A stretch of DNA of 64,000 nt. Source: Octopus vulgaris (Eukaryota). The stretch is from contig OX597814.1 of NCBI GenBank assembly GCA_951406725.2, forward strand, positions 69,564,001-69,628,000. Reading direction: 5' to 3'. The notes under the pieces are model-generated. The model saw only the letters and a list, made by a program, of their open reading frames with translations. It had not been told where the DNA came from and made no database searches. Shown here in pieces: positions 53,801 through 63,359 of the stretch. The position numbers were made by a program, and so were the translations under genes. Every line of letters starts with the position of its first letter. Position 1 is the first letter of the stretch.

Positions 53801-56800
53801 TTCTTATTTCTAATAGTTCATTTACTGTTTAAATATTGTTGACTTCTAGTTTAGCATAAATCAGTTCAGGTTGTCTTATTTCAGTCAGAGTCTTTTGTCC
53901 TATTTCATACAAAAGAGCTTGAAGCTTGTGTAAAAGTTTGCTGTATAATATTTTTTCATCATTTATTTCTTCTTGTTGATTGTTTGTCAACTGATTTAGA
54001 ATATCAACTGACATTGGTTGTTTAAATTTTTCATATAATGCTACAGGGTTAGAAGGACTGCAATGAATAAGAATTATTACAAATAAGTAAATCACCCGGC
54101 ATGGTAATTTTGTGGAAACAGTTTCTCTAAGTACTAGTTTTAGATGACTGTCTCCTTGTAACAATCCCCTTGCCAAACATGCTTCTCTAAATGTATTATA
54201 AACAATGCCATAATATGTTTTTACGTGTTTGAAAGATTTGGGACCTCTAACTACATTCAACAATAATCTCAAACAAAAACATTCTGTTTGATTAGATGGT
54301 ACAGTGTAAATTCTAGAACTTATTTGCACAAATCTACCATTCAGTCTTCTTTTCCATAACAACAAAGTTCTTGCAAATTCATCATTTTCATTCAATTTGA
54401 AGAATGAAGTTCAAGTAGTATTTTTTTGATTTCTAAATCTTTGTTCAATATTATTACTGGTAAAGTATACTCTTTGGCCATTTTCTAAATGTATCTCCAA
54501 TTGTTGAACAGCCGGATATCGCATGTGAATATTAAGTTGAAAGATTTTCCAAGCAGCCTCATTACTGTTGAGATAACGTCCTGCCACAAAGTTATTAACT
54601 TCATTATATTTTTCATTATTCTAAGTAGAGCAGCACTGCTACCTTTATTGAAGTATTTTATTACATATACAATGGATTGAACAGAGCATCAAAGGTCAAC
54701 ATTAATGTGGCCTTTAAATGCTTTCAAATGTAATGGATTGTAAGGTACAATCCACCTATTGTCAATTGTATACATTTTTGAGTTTGTTATTGTTACTGTT
54801 CTTCCACCATCTTCTGTATTTCTCCGTCTGTATAAAGGGTATTCAGTGACATATGTTCTGGTTTCATAAACGAAATATTTTGGGTAATATTTTCCACATT
54901 TTCCATTATTCATACATGGAGATTTTTGATTTAATAAACCATATGGACCATGAACCCTTTGTGTGGTAACAACAACACAAAGATCAGGATCATAAATGGA
55001 TTGGGAATTTCTGCATAGATTACTGAATTAAATTGATTTGGATAAAGGTTTTGCTCTAACCTAAATAAGAGCATGTGGTAAACCTCTTTTCTGCCATTCT
55101 ACTGTATATATGTAGGCTTTTGTTTTTCCAAATATTCCACCACCCTTTTCAACCAATAATTTCATCATTTTATTCAACGTTTGCTTGAAAACTCTGGCAA
55201 TTATGTTATGCCTATCTTTGTTTTTTTTGTCCTTTGTACATGTTCTCTTTGATTTCATCCCATTTCAGATTACAAGAGAATATTATGAATAAATCAGGCC
55301 TACCGTATTCTCTCACATAACACATTGCATCTTGAGTTCTTAGACTTCCAACAAAAGTAAAAGGTAAAATTACAGCCCTACCTAATTCTTGTGGATTGAG
55401 TAATCCTTCATTATTTAAATCATCTTTTAAAAGAGAATATTCTTCAACCCTGAATTTGGTTTGGTGTCCTTTAATGTATAATAAATATTCAAATTCAGTT
55501 TTGGCATACATATCAACTAAATACATTTGGAACAATCGTTTACATCTTAGAATTTGATTACAACTGTTTCTTACTCGTAAATAATAGGCTAATACTGCTT
55601 GCATGTGACTTACTTATTTGGAGCTGTTTGATTTGTATTTGGGTTGTATAAAGGTAAATCTAATGAATAGCCATCATTTCTTCTCCAATGCACCAAAAGG
55701 ATAATGTAATGGATCATAGGATCTATGTAATTCATTGATTTTCCTTACAGTATTATCTTTATAGGTAAAAATTATGTTCCAACCATTACTAAACCCACAT
55801 CATTAGATACTTGGTCTTTGTACCTTTGTGCATGCTCACCAGCTGGTACTCTATCTGCACAAATTGACAATTTAAGATTTGGTTTGTTAACCAAAGATGC
55901 CATAGTTTTAATTTGTCTAATAAACTCATTATTTTCCAAAAACATCTCTTGAATATCTCTTGTAGTTTGTAACTTTGTTGCAGGAAATCTACTATTTCTG
56001 ATATTAATTTGGTCATTTAAATCATCAATAAAATAAACTTGAGCATATTTAGGAATATTTTTATCTGTATTATACAATGAACTTATTCTATGGTAAATTT
56101 GACCTTGTATTTTGAAAACTGGCATGAATCCCACTGGAGATGTTGATTCACCAACTCCAAAGGATGTCATTGAAAATAATTCAATATATTTTTTAATAAC
56201 TTTTAAAAAGTTTTTGGAATCCAGATTTTCTCTCAAGCATTAGTTCATTTAAAGGTTCAGGTGGTCTTTCAAACAAATTTAATTTAACTTGACCATTTGA
56301 ACAACATAATCCTTTATGTTCACCCTTAAATAGTTTTGTGCACCAATGCTTACAAACTACTGACATTGTTCCTAAATTTGATAGAGTATCATAATTTTTA
56401 GTTGGATCATAATCAAATGCTGCATTTGTAAAGGATTTAACAGAAGTACATAGTTCAGCATATCTTGATCTTTGCCCCATAGTCTGAAAATTTCTTCTCA
56501 CAATGTGCAAAATTCTAATTTCCTCTCTTATTTCTTGTGTTGAATTTTCTCTCAACACTTGGTGAGCCAATCTGTATTCTTCTCTAATTTCATTCCTTCT
56601 TTGAAATGACAGTCTTTCTCGTCTTCGTCTTTGATACTCTTGATTTCTTGCTCTCTGAAATTCTTTCTCTTCTTCATCCATTTCATTTCTTTTTTGGCAT
56701 TTTCTTGCTGAGGCATTTAAAATTTTCCTAGCATCATTTACTAATTACACTTATAGTTTGTTGTTTAAATTATTAGTTGCATTATTTAAGTTCTGGTCAG

Positions 56801-59800
56801 TAATGATGAAAGGGTTATCAATATTATGAGCAGTATTAATATTGATAACATAATTTTCTGAAACAACGCTATTATTAAATGAATTTATATTGTTTGCTTC
56901 CATGGCAATCATTATATATACCATTTAAGTTATTATCATTATTGATAACGTGATTTTCTAAAGTGACACTATTATTAAATGAAGCTATTGTCTGCTCACA
57001 TGTAATATATGGCTGCTATTTCTAGGATGTCCAGCTTAAACTTCAGATGGAGTTTGAGAATGGCAACTGACAATATGAACACTGGAGGGTGTAACAAAGA
57101 ATTTAGAAATGTAGTTCACCTTAATGTTGACTTTAGACATTGTATTTGGGAAGAGCTCTAAGATTAATAATTATCAAGCAAAAGTGGGATGATTCTAAAG
57201 CATTAAAAAGCTATTGACTGTTCACAATTTGTAAGCTAATACTTTGGTTATTTCCAGTTAATCTTGCTTTTAAACGGTGTTTGTCAAATGCATGTGTGTG
57301 TGTGTGTGTGTGTGCATGCAAGCACATCTGTGAGTGTATGTGAGGGAGAAAGGAAAGCACACACACACATATATATATACATGTGTATATATAGAAATAT
57401 GTATATATATATATATATATATATCATGGCTGTCCACTCGTGATCGAGGAAGACCATTACTGACCTTCAGGAACATTGTGCACTCTAGGACTAACTTGTA
57501 TTTTGCATTTGCAGCTCCATTGGTGGCTAATGAGCCCTGCTCTTGACAAGCATACACGACTGCAAACATTGCAAACCAAGCTTTCCCCATTCACTACACA
57601 AGCAGTGCACTTTCGAGCAGCATGCTTAAGTTCTTCATGCAGAATATGTGCTCTCTCAAAGGTGTCGACCCCTTTTTTAACCTACTTCCTCCATCTGTGA
57701 CAATGACAGGCATTGCTCTCCCAGTCACTCTCCTGTATATCACAGGCCTTTTATGAGGACTTGACACAGTCCTTAAATCGTAGCTTTAGTTTCTACTGGG
57801 GCCTCTTTCCATTTACAAGTTCCCCATATAGCATCTGCTTAGGAATCCTGCTATCCTTCATAAGGTGTCCAGTCCAACATAACCAATGCTTGTGCACCAT
57901 CACCTCAATACTCAAGATATCAGCTGTCCTCAGGACCTGTGTGTCTGGAGTTTTTTAAGTTCCAGCCAACATTAAGAATGTGTCTCAGACATCTCTTATG
58001 AAAGCGTTGAAGGACCCTTACATGATGTTTATAAAGGGTCCATGTCTCACATGAGTAAAGGAGCAATGTCTGTACACATGCACGGTATACAGCAATTTTT
58101 GTTTGCTTTATGATGCCATGCTGGGACCAGACATGAGACTGTAGAGACCGGAAGGAATCAGTTGCTTTCTGCAGCCTGAAATATATTTCATCATCCAGGG
58201 AGCAAGAATGGCTGAGTGTGCTGCCCATAGAGACAAACTTGTCTACCACTTTCAGAATTGTTCCTTCAACCAAGATAGCTGGCTCTACATATAGATTTCT
58301 TAGTGCAGGCTGGAACATTACAATAGTCTTGTCCAGGCTAATGCTGAGTTCAAATGCTTTGCAAGAAGCAGAAATACAATTCATAAGTATTTGCATGCCA
58401 TCCACTGTATGAGTGACTAAGTCACAGTCATCTGCATAAAGGAAGTCACAAATAAGTGACTGGAAAACTTTTGAATTGGCAGCAAATCAGCAAAGATTAA
58501 AGAGGCAGCCAGAAGATCAATACCTGACATATATTCCCAGAGAGTTTACCTTAGCAAAAGCATGAGTAAAAGCAGCAGCAAAGTACAAAGTTGGAACACG
58601 GATATCACCCTGCCTGACACCATTCTCTACAGGAATGTGTCCCACCATACCACCACCAACATTGACCCAAGCCTCCATCCCATCATGAAATGATTTAATT
58701 ATAGATACAAAGTGATCCAGATATCCAAGTTTGCCAAGTATTTTCCATGATATTCACAATATCAAAGGCCTTTGTTAAATCAATGAATATCTGAACAAGA
58801 TCCATATTCTGCTTATAGCTCTTCTGCATTTGTCTTGTTGTGGAAATCTTATCCATTGTCCCTCTACAAGATCGGAAGCCACATTGAGATTCAGATAGGA
58901 CATCATTTACAAGACACCCATTCAGGCGGGTAAGAAGAAGATAGTAGAGCAATACCTCTGTAGTTACCACACATTGTTCTGGCTCCTTTTCTTTTATAGA
59001 AAGGAAGAATAATTACATCATTCCAGTCCTTAGGCATTGCACCATCCTTCCAGACTGCACTAATAAGTTCATGAAGGGACTGTATGATGTAATCACCACC
59101 AAATCGCAAGACCTCAGCACAAATTCCATCCCTTCCAGGTGCCCTACTAAGATTCACTTTACTTATTGATGTCATTACCTCATCTATTGAGGGCATGGAA
59201 TTTAAGGAGCGAATGATAGGTCTTTGTTGCATAGTATCAATCACTATTTCATCCACAACTGACACAGGGTTTAGGAGTTCAGAAAAGTGTTCGATCCAGT
59301 GACCTGTGATTTCTGTTGATTTAGTAAATAGAGTAAGAAGACTCCTTGGAAAGCAAAGGAATTGATGTGGAGCTCTTAGGCCCATAAACTTGTTTCATAA
59401 GATGGTAAAGCTTCTTGCTGTCATTTGCATCAGTAGCAGCCTGACTGCCACAACAACAACAGCAGCAGCAGCAGCTGCAGTAGCAACAGCAGCAGCAGTA
59501 GCAACAACAGCAACAACAACAGCAACAAAAACAACAATGATTTGAGGATTTTAGTTTTCAGAGACAATGGAACCATGTAACATGTTATTTTTCATTCAAT
59601 ATTCTCCTAAAAAAGAGTGATAAGTGAACTTCTTTAATTCTATGTATCATGTCATATTTTGTCCAAATAGTCATAGTGTTTGGTGGCTATCACTACAGTT
59701 CATTAATATTTGCCTGAAGGATAAGACATGGATAAGAGGTAAAGTTAATTCAATAAATTAAGTAAAATTAAATATGTCTTTAGGAAAATTTAACACTATT

Positions 59801-60098
59801 CTACAAAATGTTTTTTCACGAGAAAAAGTTACAAAAATAAGTAAAATACTACCTGATTTTCTTCCAATATTTCTATTAGTTCTTCACTAGTATGTAATAA
59901 GGTAAGACCAGTTCTAGAATGTTTGACATGTTCAAATTCTTGAACTGCCCAAGTTTCATTAATATCTTTAAGAAATTTTTCCATAGTAGTTTCTTTGCCA
60001 GCTTTATCTACAATGTTTTTAACTTCATCTTCGTAATTATGTAGATTTAAAGACATAAGATCTGCTAATGTAGTTGTTTCATCCATTTTGATGTTAAC
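1767..60098 (-). CDS. Axonemal dynein heavy chain, outer-arm beta type (DNAH9/11/17 group); internal part, 6 exons, gene extends beyond both window ends
   Basis: Exons 59853-60098, 48506-48730, 37827-38045, 13987-14124, 12123-12356 and 1767-2059 join in frame: ...EENQ|AQLQNML...DFK|QMV...DPLA|[10 protein letters not shown]...CSGQ|VEIWL...FKKQ|VNQL...[17 protein letters not shown]. Hallmark dynein motifs [31 protein letters not shown] and [10 protein letters not shown]. All introns are GT-AG. Confidence 0.96.
2437..2650 (-). mobile_element. tRNA-derived SINE, same family as 766-975
   Basis: Reverse complement reads ggcgagctggcagaaatgttagcacgtcgggtgaagtgcttagtgg...acctttcatccttttggggttgatgaattaagtaccag. 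Confidence 0.8.
3029..4876 (+). mobile_element. 5'-truncated, decayed RTE-type LINE (RT C-half + 3' UTR)
   Basis: ORF fragments 3061-3276 (QFGF...[12 protein letters not shown]) and 3295-3519 (GVHQRSVL...WELLY); frameshifts; (GAT)n tail. Confidence 0.9.
5205..6275 (+). mobile_element. Decayed mariner transposon
   Basis: TA followed by TIR-like ttgggtcaacccataa. Transposase remnants [10 protein letters not shown] and [17 protein letters not shown] (ORF 5996-6187). Right TIR not found. Confidence 0.85.
7008..9400 (+). mobile_element. Decayed Chapaev(3)-like DNA transposon
   Basis: Transposase fragments NHHDDCYFC (7255-7521), [15 protein letters not shown] (7819-8067) and [39 protein letters not shown] (8517-8780). 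Subterminal ctgaatccaaaaatgac / gtgattttcagaatcag are inverted. Boundaries approximate. Confidence 0.75.
10137..10581 (+). mobile_element. Putative non-autonomous mini-Helitron
   Basis: A|TCTATATATAAAAT start and ...gcgggtcaccttaagCTAG|T end; subterminal hairpin weak. Confidence 0.45.
10690..11095 (+). mobile_element. tRNA-derived SINE with internal (TA)/(TG) microsatellite
   Basis: A/B-box-like head tggctgtgtggtaag...gggttcagtccc, followed by ccttgggcaagtgtctt; A-rich tail gaaacaagtaaaagagtaaaag. Confidence 0.75.
11690..11922 (+). mobile_element. RTE-LINE 3' tail fragment
   Basis: gagtggttggtattaggaagggcattcagctgtagaaac...gccagcatg...gttaaatga(gat)n. Confidence 0.75.
12123..12356 (-). CDS. 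Dynein heavy chain exon (234 nt, VEIWLNNV...DYFKKQ)
   Basis: Acceptor ttctag, donor GTAAAT. Motif [19 protein letters not shown]. Confidence 0.95.
13987..14124 (-). CDS. Dynein heavy chain exon (138 nt, [12 protein letters not shown]...CDCSGQ)
   Basis: Acceptor tttcag, donor GTAAGA. In frame with both neighbouring exons. Confidence 0.93.
15330..15660 (+). mobile_element. Penelope-like element remnant (GIY-YIG endonuclease C-terminal part)
   Basis: ORFs 15293-15499 and 15457-15660 give NHSHSF...[21 protein letters not shown]...YNTG..KC...LLNCRS....RCSH, the pattern seen at PLE ORF ends. Confidence 0.6.
15712..16620 (-). mobile_element. Mariner transposon, 5'-truncated
   Basis: TA + TIR tcaggtcattccataagttctgtcc at 15712. 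Transposase fragments [20 protein letters not shown] and [19 protein letters not shown]. Same family as 38356-39342. Confidence 0.9.
16771..17150 (+). mobile_element. tRNA-derived SINE, 3'-truncated
   Basis: Head gcaatggcccagtggttagggtagtggactcgcggtcataggatcgcagtttcgattccc with A and B boxes. Abuts the HERO RT fragment. Confidence 0.7.
17151..19990 (-). mobile_element. HERO/R2-group non-LTR retrotransposon fragments (RLE, Zn-finger, RT)
   Basis: RLE RPDLVLW...LELTVPWEE...VVGARGF (19460-19840); Zn-finger [20 protein letters not shown] (18526-18747); [30 protein letters not shown] (17409-18110) and [10 protein letters not shown]...FMDD (17028-17387). Confidence 0.9.
20000..22090. mobile_element. 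Very AT-rich cluster of decayed or noisy Penelope-like 3' ends in both orientations, plus a SINE tail
   Basis: Plus strand 21490-21740 reads approximately [11 protein letters not shown]...TEKYIF...TFN..N.L.AT.P. A similar segment lies at 20090-20170 and a minus-strand remnant at 20780-20960. Hammerhead follows at 21836. Confidence 0.5.
21836..21937 (+). ncRNA. Type I hammerhead ribozyme motif (Penelope-associated type), long stem II
   Basis: gac-CTGAGGA-g[tgactataattttaa...ttaaaattatagcca]t-GAAA-cgtacg-TA-gtc. Stem I gac/gtc, stem II 14/15 bp plus an inner hairpin, palindromic stem III, GUA cleavage site after 21934. Confidence 0.8.
22197..23021 (+). mobile_element. RTE-LINE 3' end with ~8 x 61-bp tandem array
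   Basis: ORF C-terminus ([14 protein letters not shown]), array at 22365-22860, terminal stem-loop and (GAT)n. Confidence 0.9.
23048..25270 (-). mobile_element. Decayed RTE-LINE (older subfamily) with 24-bp tandem array in 3' UTR
   Basis: ORF 24235-24447 [18 protein letters not shown]; (CAT)n tail at 23048; array gggtgcttttatgtggcactgcat at 23180-23340. Confidence 0.88.
25314..28617 (+). mobile_element. Decayed RTE-LINE interrupted by a ~490-bp insertion at 26998-27494
   Basis: EN end ([17 protein letters not shown]), RT ([23 protein letters not shown]), C-terminus GRGRPKKTW, (GAT)n tail. Confidence 0.9.
28631..28776. repeat. Fold-back / MITE-like element: ~54-bp inverted arms around a ~40-bp spacer
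   Basis: gtacatcctcaaaattt...ttttacagtatgtcatacagcatatt versus aatatgctgtatgacatactgtaaaa...aaattttgaggatgtac; TA dinucleotides at both ends. Confidence 0.8.
29254..34190 (+). mobile_element. Near full-length RTE-type LINE (5' UTR, APE endonuclease, RT with inserted PHD-like finger, 3' UTR array); inactivated or scrambled
   Basis: [11 protein letters not shown]...CMQEVRW (29777-30259), [15 protein letters not shown] (30428-31162), [13 protein letters not shown] and YADDL (31585-32169), C-terminus 32289-32756. Stops near 30257 and 30326; scrambled 31160-31560; 3' part duplicated at 33288-33650; (TA)n on both sides. Confidence 0.93.
34855..35905 (+). mobile_element. Decayed mariner, same family as 5205-6275
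   Basis: Collinear with 5215-6260 ([18 protein letters not shown]; [10 protein letters not shown]); noisy centre. Confidence 0.8.
35997..36067 (-). ncRNA. Type I hammerhead ribozyme motif, sense to the dynein pre-mRNA
   Basis: Minus strand reads cggtta-CTGATGA-gaattc...gaaattt-GAAA-cctagg-TA-taaccg. 6-bp stem I, complete core, extended stem II, palindromic stem III, GUA site with cleavage between 36003 and 36002. Confidence 0.82.
36018..36415. repeat. ~400-bp inverted repeat (arms ~190 bp, loop ~14 nt)
   Basis: 36018-36208 is the reverse complement of 36224-36415, with scattered mismatches. Confidence 0.9.
37827..38045 (-). CDS. Dynein heavy chain exon (219 nt, QMVSEVEV...GNDPLA)
   Basis: Acceptor tatag, donor GTAAGT at 37826-37821. 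Motif [23 protein letters not shown]. Confidence 0.95.
38356..39342 (+). mobile_element. Mariner with both TIRs and TA TSD; centre replaced by low-complexity poly-A
   Basis: TA|tctggtcatcccataagctctg ... cagaacttatggcatgacctga|TA. N-terminus [22 protein letters not shown]...[14 protein letters not shown]. Confidence 0.9.
40241..41207 (+). mobile_element. RTE-LINE 3' end with a ~98-bp direct duplication and short array
   Basis: LRWMCNVS...[13 protein letters not shown]; duplication 40642-40739 / 40740-40836; (GAT)n tail. Confidence 0.9.
41211..43048 (+). mobile_element. Non-autonomous Helitron (1.84 kb) with internal inverted duplication
   Basis: A|TCTTTATATATATAAAA start followed by (TGTC)n; 3' gacccggcaacgacaggtc hairpin, then CTAG|T; no TSD. 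Confidence 0.8.
44770..44972 (-). mobile_element. tRNA-derived SINE, diverged
   Basis: Reverse complement ggtgagctagcagaattgttagcatg...; same family as 2437-2650. Confidence 0.7.
45020..48228 (-). mobile_element. RTE-LINE, 5'-truncated within the EN domain
   Basis: ORFs 47261-47713, 46394-47224 (RT core: [31 protein letters not shown]) and 45550-46005; 3' array; (CAT)n tail. Confidence 0.93.
48506..48730 (-). CDS. Dynein heavy chain exon (225 nt, [11 protein letters not shown]...RINVDFK)
   Basis: Acceptor AG at 48732-48731, donor GTAAAT at 48505. Motif [15 protein letters not shown]. Confidence 0.95.
49574..49800 (+). mobile_element. tRNA-derived SINE
   Basis: ggcaagctggcagaatcattagcatgccaggtgagatgcttagcgg...gagttcaaattcc...; tail aggattattattatt. 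Confidence 0.8.
49966..50178 (-). mobile_element. tRNA-derived SINE, inverted relative to 49574-49800
   Basis: Reverse complement contains gagttcaaattccatcaaagtcgactttatctttcatcctttcaggg. Confidence 0.8.
50313..51114 (+). mobile_element. Putative non-autonomous mini-Helitron
   Basis: A|TCTCCTAATATAATAATG start; 3' hairpin ccatca-tttt-tgatgg followed by ...gtcagCTAG|T. Confidence 0.55.
51260..51835 (-). mobile_element. Old RTE-clade RT remnant (different family)
   Basis: ORF 51545-51748 [16 protein letters not shown], followed by [13 protein letters not shown]. Confidence 0.65.
52440..56990 (-). mobile_element. Decayed autonomous Helitron (Rep HUH nuclease + PIF1 helicase pseudogene)
   Basis: Fragments in order: Zn region CKHWC...[44 protein letters not shown] (HUH), [25 protein letters not shown], Walker A GTGKTFL, PIF1 [12 protein letters not shown]...VFSHGQLYV. 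Many frameshifts; termini not identified. Confidence 0.93.
57424..59445 (-). mobile_element. BovB-like RTE LINE, decayed and 5'-truncated
   Basis: [12 protein letters not shown]...[11 protein letters not shown] (58903-59385), [13 protein letters not shown]...FIDLTKAFD (58695-58970), LLYSCETWT...RCLRHIL (57920-58405). Confidence 0.88.
59447..59538. repeat. (CAA/CAG)n trinucleotide microsatellite
   Basis: Direct inspection; intronic. Confidence 0.9.
59853..60098 (-). CDS. Dynein heavy chain exon (246 nt, [14 protein letters not shown]...EENQ)
   Basis: Acceptor ttttcag at 60099-60105, donor GT at 59852-59851, phase 0/0. ORF 59829-60086. Confidence 0.93.
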
Positions 60099-60719
60099 CT
60101 GAAAAGTAATGAAAATAAGAGTAAATAAACTTTAAAAATTAGATTTTGCTGATACCAATAATAAAATACTGAAAATATAGATTTCTTTTGGCTACATACA
60201 AAAGTCTTCAATTTGAAGGGAAGAAATTATAGGAAGATGTGCCAAATATAACTTTTCAAGCGACATCAGTAGAATAAGCGATGTAAAAGAATTTCACCTA
60301 CTGACAAAGATTGTTTTTTCTCCCACTACTTATTACTATTCATGCATTTAACAAAGAAGCTGGTTCACTTACTTATTCCCTGAAATTCAAATAATTTGTA
60401 ACTATTTCTCATCTTAAATAAGAGGCAAATACAAAAGCTGTAGATACACATATCAGTTGGTGTCCAAACCCAAAGAAAGCCATTAAAGTTAAATTCAGTG
60501 AATATGACATCAAAGAAGTAGTCTTATCTTCTTTCTCCTCTTTCCACTTTTGCTCAGTGTAATGCTAAGCCCCACAATCAAGAAAGAAAGAAAAAATCCC
60601 ATCTGCCTCTCTAGATGATTGTTTACAATGGCTTGAACTATTGAAATACTTAAGACTAGCCTTTACCCAAGAAAGGTAATCACATCCTTTCTTGTGGGGT
60701 CTGGTCCTGGTTTTTAATC

Positions 60720-63300
60720 AACATCATTATTTAACACCTATTTTGCATGCTGGCATGGATTGAACAGTGTGATAGGATCTGGCAAGATGCAGAGCTGGTA
60801 CAAAGTCAGCTTTGATACAGTTTCTACAGCTGTATGCCCTTCCCAATGCCAACCACTTTACAGTGAGTACTGGGTGCTTTTTACATGACACCAGCAGCAG
60901 TGAGGTTGCCAAGGTTGCAAAACAGAAAAGGAACAAGGAAAACAAATGAAATGCTCCCCCATGGCTAAGTGACTGAGTCACTGAGGGCTGGAGTATCTAA
61001 GAGAGGGAGTATCTGAGAGGTGGAAGTGACTTCATGCAAGATGGTGAGGAACCTAAAGTATAATAGAGGGACAAGCACAAGTGTCTTGCCATAGAGAAGA
61101 TACATGGCTACACTACATAATATAAAGATTGGTGGAAGTAGCTAGGAAGAAGATAATGATGGTAGTGAAGAAGTGTCAGAGCATATTCTGAAGGTAAAAT
61201 AAGGTGAGCATAAGAGAACATAAAGACTGTGGATTTGGGAGAGGAGTAGGTTTTTAGGACTGTGAGGGGGGAGTAACAGATGGTTACAGGAGGGAGTAGA
61301 AGTGAATGTAGTGAGTGATTTGATTTGATTTTGATTTTACTTGACTCAACAGGAAAGTTGCCCGATGATCCAAAGGTACTTTTTAAATGGACTGGTTATG
61401 CAACACTAGTGTAGGCTACAGCTGTGATTTCACTTTACTTGCCTGGCCTTCTCAATCAAAACATATCTCCAGAGGTCTCAGTCTTTCATCATTGCCTCTG
61501 TAAGGCCCAACATGCTTCACCACCTCATCCCATGTTTTCCTGGGTCTCCCTATACCATGGGTTCCTTCCACCATTAGGGAGTGACATTTCTTCACATAGC
61601 TCTCCTCATCCATTCTCGTCACATGACCATACCAGCGCAGTCGTCTCTCTTGCACACCACATTTGATGTTTCTTATGTCCAACATTTCTCTCAGAGCACT
61701 TACACTCTGTAATGTGTGCACACTGACATTAGACATCCAGCAGATCATACTACGCATGTCTTCAACAGTCATGGCCCATGTTTCACTGCCATGTAGCATG
61801 GCAGTTCACACACATGCATCGTACAATCTACCTTTCACTCTGAGTAAGAGGCCCTTTGTTATCAGTAGAGGTAGGAGCTCTCTGAACTTTGCCCAGACTA
61901 TTCTTATTCTCATGGCAATGCTCTCCAAGCATCCACCCCTACTACAGACTTGGTCACCGAGATAGCAGAAGCTATCAATTACTTCTAGTTTCTCACCCTG
62001 GCATGTGATGGAATCTGTTGTCTGAGCATCTGTGGTGTTTATTGTCCCTGTGCATCTGCCACACACGAAAGCTATCGTCTCAGTTAATCTTCCTTTGATG
62101 TTGCTGCACCTCTTATGTGTCCATAGCTTACACTTATGGGGTTTCTACCAACACCTTTTCTACAGATTGAGCAGGGCCACCTATCTGAGGGGTTTGTGAT
62201 GTGTTTGCCTTCCTACTTACTAGGACTTTGGCTTTTGCAACATTGACTCTAAGGCCCTTCAATTCTAAACCTTGCTTCCACACCTGAAATTTCTTCTTTA
62301 GTTCTGGTAGTGATTCCGCTATGAGAGCAAGGTCATCAGCATAGAGGATCTTCCAGGGGAAATCTGTCTTGAATTCCTCTGTTATTGCCTGGAGGACTAT
62401 GATGAATAAAAGGGAGCTGAGGGCTGATCCTTGGTGAACCCCTACTTCTACCCGGAAGTCTTCACTATACTCATTGCCGACCCTTACCTTACTAACAGCA
62501 TCCCTGTACAAGGCCTGTACAGCTCTTATTAACCACTCGTCTATCCCCAGTTTCTGCATTGCCCACCAGATAAGGGATCAGGGGACTCTGTCAAAGGCTT
62601 TCTCCAAATCAACAAAAGCCAAGTATAGGGGGTTTATCTTTGGCTAGGTATTTCTCCTGCAGCTGTCGTACCAGGCATCAGTGGTGCTTCTATCTGGCAC
62701 AAGACCGAACTGCATCTCATCTAAGCAGACTCTCTCCCTAATTAGTTGGGCTATGACCCTCTCTGTGACCTTCATCACATGATCCAGTAGTTTGATACCC
62801 TTGTAGTTATTTCTATCTAAAGCATAATCTTTACCTTTGTAGCTGTTGACTATGGTACTGCTATGCCAATCATTGGGTATGACTCCTGCGTGAACTCCCT
62901 GGTTTACAATACGGGTGACTAGGCCATAACCCATACCACCAGATATTCTAAGCATCTCAACAGTGATCCCTGATGGGCCAGGGGCTTTTCCTGACTTCAT
63001 ATACTTAATTGCTTTATCTACCAGGGTGCTATATATTCAGGTAGCTGGTCCCTTGACTGGGTCAATATTTGTCAGGTTCTCCTCCTCCCATTCATTCTCC
63101 ACATTCAGCAGCCTTTCATAATGGCATCTCCAAGCCTCTTTCTTTGCAGAATCAGTAAAAGCAAGTGCACCATCATCCATGCGGACACATTTCTCTTCTA
63201 TGACATCACAAATTTCTCTCACACACTGTCTTGCAATCCGAAATACTTCAGTTCTTTGGTCCTCATGTCGCTGAACATTGGCAAACTTCTTTTCTGTTTC
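60720..63300 (-). mobile_element. Decayed RTE-LINE
   Basis: ORFs 63037-63306, 62644-63000, 62134-62559 (YADD), 61806-62066 and 61452-61799; diverged 3' tail near 60720. Confidence 0.9.
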
Positions 63301-63359
63301 TCCCAATGAGGATAGATAAAGGAGAATATGAATATCAATATGCCAATGTTAGATTAAGA

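Noticed and set aside
59447-59538. PolyQ-like tract as a coding exon
   Set aside because: It is intronic and on the opposite strand, and the flanking dynein exons already join in frame.
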